Positions 54,290-64,000 of a DNA stretch of 64,000 nt are shown here, one piece after another. The number at the start of each line of letters is the position of its first letter. Position 1 is the first letter of the stretch. The translations under genes were made by a program, and so were the position numbers. This stretch comes from Paraspadella gotoi (Eukaryota; Animalia; Chaetognatha): contig CM119265.1 of the NCBI GenBank assembly GCA_051294375.1, positions 22,329,308-22,393,307 on the forward strand, written 5' to 3'. The notes below the pieces were generated by a model. The model was not told the DNA's origin, searched no databases, and saw only the letters and a program-made list of their open reading frames with translations.

Positions 54290-56044
54290 AGGGTGGCGAG
54301 AAATTTGAGGTCAGCAGGATAAGAAACGAGAAGAGACAAATCCGTCTGTCGGGTCATTAGTACCGGCACTCTCTGAGATGGCAGTTACGGAAAAGTGAAT
54401 GTTCACGAATGGGACGCAGTAGCCGGAGAAGCAAAATAAGGGAAGAATTGGGCAGCGGTGGATCGAGGAGCGGGATCTGGCCGCGCAAAGAACATGCAAT
54501 GGCAACCGTATATAGGTGGAGAATCCGAAAGAACTGAGTGTAGGTGCCAGCACTTTCTATAGTCGCTCCCCAAACCGGAGAATCGATGTCCAAGGATCGC
54601 ACGTTTATTCAAAAAACCTGGAAAACCGCCAATCGAAGTGCAAGCATAGTAATATCTGTTCAGCTGTATCAATAAACGTCTTTCAGCTGAGTTTAACTGT
54701 TCATTAGTTGGTAGACTTAAGATGTATTCAGTTGTTCACTGTTCAAAGGGGCGATGAGGACGAGACAATGATCCTCTTCTTTTAAATAATAATTTGACAA
54801 GGTATGTCAAATAAGGGATCGTAGAAGTAAATTGCGGTTAATATCTACGGTAAGTCGGAATGATAATATGACGTTTTTAAAAAAGAGGAAAGAGAAGAGA
54901 ACATGTATTTAATAATTAGTAATTAGCGAAAAATACAACAGAAAGGACATCTTTCGGAGAGAAATAAGCTGACAGTCACAAGTGGAAGTTCTGATTTGAG
55001 AAGGATAATAGTGAGGTTCGAATCTTTGGCAAAGGAGGAAATTACGAACAGAAAAACTCAAATAAACGATTGACAATTCTCTTCTATATTGGAATAGAAA
55101 TATTACTAAATTATTGACGAGAACCAGAGTTTTTAATACCTTTTATAAATATTATAAATCGATCTGTAAAAACTTAAATTAAATATTATAATATATACAG
55201 CACCTACTAAGCACTTGTGTTAATATAATTCTTGTTAATTAATTACGAATCGTATATAGCTTTAAGACTAACACTTGACGATACACAAATATTGAAGAAA
55301 TGCATATATAAGTTTATCACCAAAAAAGCAATTAAGATCAATTAGATGTTTCAAGAAAAATTCGAGAAAGCTAAGAGGACGGAAGGCTATTGATAAAAAT
55401 TTGCATTTATTATGTGTTAAATAGAAATTATTGATATAGCTCCATAGTCTATGAAACTTATTTTAAAATTATCAATAATGCTGGAAGAAAACGTATGAAT
55501 ATTACAAGCACAAGAACTTTAAAAACCAAATTATGAGCATTATGTATGGTCTAAGAATCTTTGTGAGAATTAATAACGCATGACTGCAAGCTATATGACG
55601 GTCGAGGAAAGGCGGTCTCGCGCCGGTTTGAACACGGGAATAGAGTCGAGGTCTGAAATCCAATCCGATGGAAAACTCATATTAGTTCGACAAAGAGACG
55701 AAACGACAAGTAGCAGCAGGTTAGAACGGCTTGTAAATCGATTGCAAGGGTTCTCGCCCTTGGCTAAGTATGTAGTTGGAAGAGAGAGAACGAGAGAAGA
55801 GTATCGAGAGACGAGATGCAGAGAAGAGGAGACATTGATGAGCAGAGTGAGAGTAAGATGAAAGAGAGAGTTATGTTAGAAGAGTGAGTATAATGGTACG
55901 AAGAGCCTTGCTATCAGGACTCGCAAGACGCGTGTCTCTGGAAGGTCATGAGTCGAATCGGTGTGTTATTTTTTGTGCCTGGTTGACGTTTCAGTTATCC
56001 GTATCCGAGGAAAGAGGAGTAGAGAGAGAGAGCAGAGAGAGAAG

Positions 56045-56075
<31 letters not shown>

Positions 56076-56528
56076 GAAGAGAGAGATAGAATAGAATAGA
56101 TAGATAGATACGAATAGATAGATAAGATAATAGATAGAAGAGAAAGAGAGAGAGAGAAGAGAGAGAGAAGAGGAGAGAGAGTTGGGGAGAAGAGAGCAAG
56201 AGATTCAGGAAGAAAGGGGGGGGAATGTCGAGAGATGCAGACGAAGAAAACAAGAAAACTTTAAAACCGACCGGAAAATCGTAAGTAAAAAACAAAACAT
56301 AATTTTCAATTTTCATAAAGTGAACGAACAACAAGATTTGTATTTATTTACGAGAGCCTCATCAAATTGATTTTTTAAGCGGATTTAATGAAGCGTTTAG
56401 TGAGTTTATATCTCTAAAAACAAACAATAGATCGATGTTTTTTGCGTTGTAGCGTTATTGTAAGCCCCGTGGCGAAAAAGAAAAACGTCAAAATGGCAAC
56501 GATTGAATTTATTTCTTTCATCTTTCTC

Positions 56529-56598
<70 letters not shown>

Positions 56599-57273
56599 CT
56601 CTTCACTCCTCTCTCTCCTCTCTCATCTTAAAAAAACCAAAAAAAAAAAAAACCTTCTTCACCACTTTATCGAGCAAGCCCCGTTAATGAAGGAACTTGA
56701 TTTACGTCCATTCACCTGGAAGTTAAAGTTCTCACCGGCGCCGCTCCGCCGTCGCGTCAGCTGTCGCGGGCTGCTGCTCTTGCCGGACCCGCCCGCCGTC
56801 GCCAGATGGCCCCGTCTTTAGGGACCTCTGTTTAGTCATATATATCGTCGAGATATCTAGCGGAAAAATTTAATATTGTGAGAGTTAAGGCGTTTTAAAA
56901 TTGACTTTTACCGGGAGAGGCAGAAAGAGAAAAAAAAGTATGAAGAAAAAGCGAAATCCAAGCTCTCTCTCACTCTCTCCTATCCTCTCTCCTCTCTCTC
57001 TTCTCCCGTTTCTCCGTGTCCTCCTGCTCTCTCTAACATCTCATCTCTCGATCTCATTCTTCTCGTTTTTCCCCCTCTCTCTCTCTCGAAGTCATCTCCT
57101 CCCCTCCATCCTCTCCCCTCTCTCTTGGCGAATCAGTCCCGCGGTTCCGTTTTCGGCGTCTTCCATGCGACTGCGTCCGTCAGTCTGCTCTGTCAACCGC
57201 CGCGCATACCTAGGAAAGGAAAAAAATGGAGAAAGATGGAGAGAGGAAGGAGGAAGAGAAAGAGGGGAGGAGG
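54290..57273 (+). other. Noisy direct duplicate of about 57755-60180 (probable long-read overfill)
   Basis: ggataagaaacgagaagagacaaatccgtctgtcgggtcattagt at about 54317 and 57775; ccgatggaaaactcat at 55665 and 58658; gagatatctagcggaaaa..ttgacttttaccgggagaggcagaaagaga at 56850 and 59742; cctaggaaaggaaaaaaatggagaaagatgg at 57209 and 60126. Ends at a 25-N gap (57274-57298). Confidence 0.88.
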
Positions 57274-57697
57274 NNNNNNNNNNNNNNNNNNNNNNNNNAG
57301 AAGAGGTTAAATAAGGAGGAAGAGGAAAAGGAGGGGGGAAGTGATAAGAGGGGGAAATGAACGAGATGATATTTATATAAAGAGGAGTTCTCTTGGGTGT
57401 AGGACAAACGAAAACAATTAAATATGAATTAGTAAAAGTAAAATTAATGCAAAGAGAAATGAATTGAAGTAAAAGTGCATAATTGGAGGATAACTTAGAA
57501 AAAGCAAAAAATGTTTGAGAAAGAGACGAAAAGAGTGAGAGAGNNNNNNNNNNNNNNNNNNNNNNNNNNNNNNNNNNNNNNNNNNNNNNNNNNNNNNNNN
57601 NNNNNNNNNNNNNNNNNNNNNNNNNNNNNNNNNNNNNNNNNNNNNNNNNNNNNNNNNNNNNNNNNNNNNNNNNNNNNNNNNNNNNNNNNNNNNNNNN

Positions 57698-57733
<36 letters not shown>

Positions 57734-60700
57734 TGTGAGAATGGAAGACGGTTCTAAGTGAAAATGAGGTCAGAGGATAAGAAACGAGAAGAGACAAATC
57801 CGTCTGTCGGGTCATTAGTCCGAAAGAGGGAAGACGAAGGGGAAGGGAGGAACGAGAAAGATGGCGTTTTCAACTGTTCAACTGTTCAACTGTTCAACTG
57901 TTCAACTGTTCAACTGTTCATGTTGTAGACAAGGATGTTCAATTGTTCAATGTTCAAAAGGCGGGACGAAAAGATCCTTTTTTTAAAAATGATTTACAAG
58001 GTTTGTAAAAGGCAACGTGAAAGTAATTGCGAATACAAACGGGAATGAATGAAAATGACGTTTTGAAAAAAGAGGAGAGAGAGGAGAAACAGAATTAATA
58101 ATAGTAATTTACGAAATACAAACAAAAGGACATCTTCGAGAAAATAGTGACAAGCAAAGTGGAGTTCGATTTGAGAAGAAAAGGAGGTTAGAATCTTTGG
58201 AAGGAGGAAAAGAAAAAAGAAAAACTAAATAACGAGACAAGTTTTTAACCTTTCTAAAATAAAAATGACTGTAAAAACTAAATAAATTAAAAAAAAACAA
58301 AACTCTTAGCACTGGTTTTAAAAACATGTTAATAATAATGCAAGCTAACAACTTGCGATACAAAATTTAAGAAGCTATAAAGTTTCACAAAAGCAATTAA
58401 GCAAAGATGTTTCAGGAGATGAGAAAGCTAAGAGGCGAAGCTTTGAAAAAAAAGCATTTTTAAAAAATGAAAAGGTCATAAAGCTAAGAAACATTTAAAA
58501 TATCAATAATGCTAAGAAACTATGAAAAAAAAGCCAAGAAACTTTAAAAACAAAATGCAATGATGCTAAGAATCTTTTTGAGAAAAAAGCAGTGATGCAA
58601 AGAAAGCGGCGAGAAAGCGGCTCGCGGTTTGAACGGAATTTCGAGGTTGAATCCCATCCGATGGAAAACTCATTTCGAAAAAGAGACGAACGAAGGTTGC
58701 AGGGTTAAACGCTTTAATCGNNNNNNNNNNNNNNNNNNNNNNNNNNNNNNNNNNNNNNNNNNNNNNNNNNNNNNNNNNNNNNNNNNNNNNNNNNNNNNNN
58801 NNNNNNNNNNNNNNNNNNNNNNNNNNNNNNNNNNNNNNNNNNNNNNNNNNNNNNNNNNNNNNNNNNNNNNNNNNNNNNNNNNNNNNNNNNNNNNNNNNNN
58901 NNNNNNNNNNNNNNNNNNNNNNNNNNNNNNNNNNNNNNNNNNNNNNNNNNNNNNNNNNNNNNNNNNNNNNNNNNNNNNNNNNNNNNNNNNNNNNNNNNNN
59001 NNNNNNNNNNNNNNNNNNNNNNNNNNNNNNNNNNNNNNNNNNNNNNNNNNNNNNNNNNNNNNNNNNNNNNNNNNNNNNNNNNNNNNNNNNNNNNNNNNNN
59101 NNNNNNNNNNNNNNNNNNNNNNNNNNNNNNNNNNNNNNNNNNNNNNNNNNNNNNNNNNNNNNNNNNNNNNNNNNNNNNNNNNNNNNNNGAATTTTTCAAT
59201 TTTCATAAGTGAAGCGACGCAAGATTTTGTATTTATTACGAGCCTCATCATTGATTTTTTAAGCGGATTAATGAGCGTTTAGTGAGTTGTATCTCTAAAA
59301 ACAAACAATAAGAAAATCGATGTTTTTTCGTTGTAGCGTTTATTGTAAGCCCGTGGCGAAAAAGAAAAACGTCAAAATGCTAAAACGATTGAATTTATTT
59401 CTTTCATCCTTTCTCTCCCTTTCNNNNNNNNNNNNNNNNNNNNNNNNNNNNNNNNNNNNNNNNNNNNNNNNNNNNNNNNNNNNNNNNNNNNNNNNNNNNN
59501 NNNNNNNNNNNNNNNNNNNNNNNNNNNNNNNNNNNNNNNNNNNNNNNNNNNNNNNNNNNNNNNNNNNNNNNNNNNNNNNNNNNNNNNNNNNNNNNNNNNN
59601 NNNNNNNNNNNNNNNNNNNNNNNNNNNNNNNNNNNNNNNNNNNNNNNNCGCCGCCGCCGTCGCTGCCGCGGCTGCTGCTGCCGGACCCGCCGCCGTCGCC
59701 AGATGCCCGTCTTTAGCTCCGTTTAGTAATATATTATCGTCGAGATATCTAGCGGAAAATTTAATATTGTGAGAGTTAAGGCGTTTTAATTGACTTTTAC
59801 CGGGAGAGGCAGAAAGAGAAAAAAAAGTATGAAGAAAAAGCGAAATCAAGCTCTCTCTCTCTATCTCTCTCTCTCATTCTCTATCCTCTCAGGCTTCCTC
59901 TCAATCGGTCGATCAGCCAGCCAGATCATATCTACATCGCTCCTCTCATCTCACTCAAGTTACAAGAGTCAATCTCTCCGTCTCCTCTATGGCGCGAATG
60001 CAGTCCCCGATTCGGTATCGTATCGAGACCGTCCATAGACCATTCACGTCAGACTACGACCACGAGTATACACATACTAGGATCACTGTATCTCGTCAAA
60101 GTCCTCTGATACAACGCCGCGCAAACCTAGGAAAGGAAAAAAATGGAGAAAGATGGAGAGGGAGGAAAGGAGGAAGGAGGAAAAGAGGGAGGAGGAGGAA
60201 AGGAGGAAGGAGGAAAAGAGGGAGGAGGAGGAAAGGAGGAAGGAGGAAAAGAGGGAGGAGGAGGAAAAGAAGGAGGACGAGGAAAGGAGAAAAGGAGAGA
60301 AGAAAAACGGAAGCGAGGAGGAGGAAGGGATGAAAGACTTTTAGTGAGGGAAAATAAAATGATGTAGAAAAGGCAGCGGGAGGGTATGAGATATTCGAAC
60401 TCAAGAAAACTGATAACAATATGACAATATGACAATATGACAGTATCACAATATGACAACGAAGAGAAGAAAGAGAGAATCATTTTTTGAGCCACAGAAA
60501 GAAAAATTTGGTGGGAGGAAGAAAAAAGATTTAAAAAGAAAAGGAAAAGGAGGAAATGAGAGAAAAAAAAAGAAGAAAAGAAAAATGTGGGGCGAAGTTC
60601 ATGACGGGAATCATCGTAACAAGAAAAAGTCGAGTAACGAGAGCGTGGAGGAAAGAGAAAAAGAAAAGAAGAAAAGAAAAGGAGGAAATAGAGAAAGAAA

Positions 60701-61199
60701 AGAAGAAAAGAAAAGGAGGAAAGAGAGAAAGAAAGGAAATGAAACAGTCGAGGAAGAAAAAAGAAGAAAAGAAAAGGAGAAAAGAGAGAATGAAAAGAAG
60801 AAAGGAAAAGAAAAAGTCGAGGAAGAGAAAAAAAGAAGGAAAGAATGACCAGAAAAGAAAATGAGGCAGAGAGGAAGAAGAAATATAAAAAAGAAAAACA
60901 GAAGGAAGTATTTAAGAAATTAAATGAAGTAAAACTCAACTGTCACGATTGTTAGGATATTGATAATAATTATCTATGCAAGAAATAAATGTGACAAGTA
61001 AGAGTAGAACTGTAGAAGGGGAAAGAAGAACCAAGGATAAAATTATTCTTGGAGGATATTCACTATACAAAATATTTAGGCTAGGCTGGACGGCAGAAAA
61101 TCAAAAAGAGAGAGAGAGAATCGACGGAGGATTGTAGTTTATGAGAGATACCGAGAAGAGGAAAGGAGAGAGAGAGACGAGAAGAGAGAGAGAGATGAG

Positions 61200-62022
61200 A
61201 GAGAGAGTGGTGTGTGTGAATGATCATTCAAAGTCAGTTACCTATTAAACCGAACTGCAAGAATCAGCTCGTGAAGTTGCCATTGACGCATAGGATTTAA
61301 TGACGGCTTGCATTTCGTCACGATACGCCTAATCATGCAGCGAAAAACTATGAGAGAGACAATCTGTCTCTGTGCGTTGTTGAATGAGATTGGAAAAAGA
61401 GAAGAGAAGGAGAAGAAACGAAGAAGAGAGAGAGAGTGAGTGCTGCAGAGCGACGTAGATGAGATGGAGATGAGAAGAGAGAGAGAGAGAGAGTAGTGTG
61501 TGTGACTGTCATCAGAGTCAGTTACCATTAACCCGACTTGCAGAATCGCAAAGGTCGAAGTTTAACATTGGCCAAATTTTTAACCAACAGATACATAGAG
61601 ATTTTACTGCTTCGGGGCGTCGTCATCATGCAGCGAAAATTGGAGCACGTCCCATCTTGTCTCTGGCGTTGCGTTTTGAATAATGAAGAATGGAATAAAG
61701 GCGCGAGACAGCTACAGAGAGAGAGAAGACGAGCAGGAAGAGAGAGAGAGAGACGAAGAGAAGAAGAGCAGAGAGGGAGAGAAGAGAGAGAGTGTGTGTG
61801 TGACTCAGTCAATGCCCCAAAGTCAGTTACGCGAGATTAAACACACACATTAAACACCGAACTGCAACGAATGCAAGGCTCGAAAGATATGCCTATTGAC
61901 CAATAGAATTTATGCCTTATCGTCGGTCAAATGCATCAAAGCATCGAAAAAAATGGTAGACTGCATGATCTCTGTGGCGTTTAATGAGATGGAGAAGAAT
62001 GAGAGACGATGAGGAGAGAGAA
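61200..62022. repeat. About 290-bp tandem (satellite-like) repeat, 3 noisy copies running into a 606-N gap
   Basis: gtgtgtg..agtcagttac..ccga.ctgca..cattg.c..catgca.cgaaaa..tctctg.g.cgtt..aatga..tggaa plus a (GA)-rich spacer recurs at about 61210, 61496 and 61792. Confidence 0.75.
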
Positions 62023-62628
62023 NNNNNNNNNNNNNNNNNNNNNNNNNNNNNNNNNNNNNNNNNNNNNNNNNNNNNNNNNNNNNNNNNNNNNNNNNNNNNN
62101 NNNNNNNNNNNNNNNNNNNNNNNNNNNNNNNNNNNNNNNNNNNNNNNNNNNNNNNNNNNNNNNNNNNNNNNNNNNNNNNNNNNNNNNNNNNNNNNNNNNN
62201 NNNNNNNNNNNNNNNNNNNNNNNNNNNNNNNNNNNNNNNNNNNNNNNNNNNNNNNNNNNNNNNNNNNNNNNNNNNNNNNNNNNNNNNNNNNNNNNNNNNN
62301 NNNNNNNNNNNNNNNNNNNNNNNNNNNNNNNNNNNNNNNNNNNNNNNNNNNNNNNNNNNNNNNNNNNNNNNNNNNNNNNNNNNNNNNNNNNNNNNNNNNN
62401 NNNNNNNNNNNNNNNNNNNNNNNNNNNNNNNNNNNNNNNNNNNNNNNNNNNNNNNNNNNNNNNNNNNNNNNNNNNNNNNNNNNNNNNNNNNNNNNNNNNN
62501 NNNNNNNNNNNNNNNNNNNNNNNNNNNNNNNNNNNNNNNNNNNNNNNNNNNNNNNNNNNNNNNNNNNNNNNNNNNNNNNNNNNNNNNNNNNNNNNNNNNN
62601 NNNNNNNNNNNNNNNNNNNNNNNNNNNG

Positions 62629-62892
62629 AGTGAGAATTGAAAACTGAAAAATGCAAATGAGTTTGAAAATGAAAAAAAAAGGAAAAGTGGAAAATTGGCT
62701 ACGATCGAGCGACGCTTAAACTTTGATATAATTACATTTACGACTCTTTGTTAAAAAGAAATATCAATATTAACTTACCCACGCTTCTTCCCCTCCCTCT
62801 ACCCATTCAGGGAGCCTTACCTTTCGACGACGACAACCTTCGCACTCTGCTGGAGAAAGTGAAGAAGGGGGTCTTCCACATCCCGCATTTCG
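62629..62892 (+). other. Apparently identical duplicate of 63291-63554, including a truncated copy (62811-62892) of the last kinase exon
   Basis: Same sequence at offset 662, including intronic bases; bounded by N gaps on both sides. Confidence 0.85.
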
Positions 62893-63472
62893 NNNNNNNN
62901 NNCACAGCTTCGCCACGCCCACAACCTTTTCGCCAGAGAGGAGGACACTCGTTGTTGTTGTTGTTATTTTCCGCCGGTCGGGAACATCGTTAGAGACAGA
63001 GCGTCGTTTGCGATGTTATTAAAATGTAAACAATAACAATAACAAATAAACCAGATACGATTTACAGCCGATGCGGAGACTAACAACAACGACAAGAGCC
63101 GAAATTGCGAGGTTAACGATACGAGAATTTCGTAAAGAAAAAAAAAACAACTTTGTTTTGTGAAATTAACTATTAAGGTTTGTGGGGGGGAAAAAAGAGA
63201 TGTCCGTCTGCCCGTCCATAAGTCCGTCCGGTTTCACTCTCCCTTTACCTTCGATCGGTTAATGCGTGGGAGGATCGACGTGGGAGCCCGAGTGAGAATT
63301 GAAAACTGAAAAATGCAAATGAGTTTGAAAATGAAAAAAAAAGGAAAAGTGGAAAATTGGCTACGATCGAGCGACGCTTAAACTTTGATATAATTACATT
63401 TACGACTCTTTGTTAAAAAGAAATATCAATATTAACTTACCCACGCTTCTTCCCCTCCCTCTACCCATTCAG

Positions 63473-63619
63473 GGAGCCTTACCTTTCGACGACGACAACC
63501 TTCGCACTCTGCTGGAGAAAGTGAAGAAGGGGGTCTTCCACATCCCGCATTTCGTGCCTCCTGATTGTCAGAACCTCCTACGGGGAATGATCGAGACGGA
63601 CCCCGCCAAAAGAATGGGG
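63473..63619 (+). CDS. BRSK: BRSK/SAD kinase exon (C-lobe): [49 protein letters not shown]
   Basis: acccattcag|ggagcctta..atgggg|gtgagt; 147 bp, phase 0/0; matches [40 protein letters not shown]. Confidence 0.96.
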
Positions 63620-64000
63620 GTGAGTATTCGCCAAACTTACCATTTCTTTGCTTGATTGATTGAAGTCGACTTACAGCCACATGATCGACCTCGGGGCAGC
63701 GGCAGGTCGTGTCGGAGTAAGAAGTAAGTTAGAAGTTCGGAATAAAACGATGAAAAAAGACAATGATTTTCGTGACGAGTTACTAGAAATATAGTAGATT
63801 ATGAGTATAGCTAGCTACAATATCAGTATTATCAGCATTAGAAAGATTGTGCAATGTAAAAAAATACGTAAAACAATGAATATAACTAAATAAAAAGAAC
63901 ACACAATGAAATAAATAAAGTCGACCAGAAAAAAAAAAATTTCTTTCGAAGAATATTTCGCGCCAGTTCTTTAGCAGCATTTTGAATTCATATTTCTGAA

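Noticed and set aside
51224-54707. ORF cluster in higher-complexity sequence
   Set aside because: No protein motifs; contiguous with a demonstrably noisy duplicate and likely the same raw read.
62811-62892. Mutually exclusive alternative exon
   Set aside because: Apparently identical to the downstream exon including its intron flank and enclosed by gaps, unlike diverged mutually exclusive exons.

Overview
Eukaryotic (invertebrate-like, no obvious CpG depletion) draft-assembly window. It is almost entirely intronic DNA of one large + strand gene, a BRSK/SAD-family (Drosophila sff, C. elegans sad-1) Ser/Thr kinase. Five kinase-domain exons are readable with canonical AG/GT borders: 12811-12905, 26234-26461, 30322-30406, 45416-45550 and 63473-63619. 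The first exon and the C-terminal exons were not found and probably lie outside the window. The introns carry many microsatellites, a fold-back MITE with an 8-bp TSD, an older fold-back element, a non-LTR retrotransposon 3' fragment, two DINE-1/Helentron-like elements and two unclassified dispersed repeat families. The most exotic-looking blocks (about 34.3-43.2 kb, 54.3-57.3 kb and 5.5-6.4 kb) are insertion-riddled duplicates of neighbouring sequence lying at or next to exactly-25-N gaps, i.e. probable long-read gap-filling artefacts; 51.2-54.3 kb is probably part of the same noisy fill. I found no clearly novel protein-coding system. The best biological leads are complementarity between the two ends of the long kinase introns, inverted repeats flanking one exon, a hairpin MITE 50 nt from a splice donor, and a possible TTAA insertion polymorphism. 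All alignments were made by eye.
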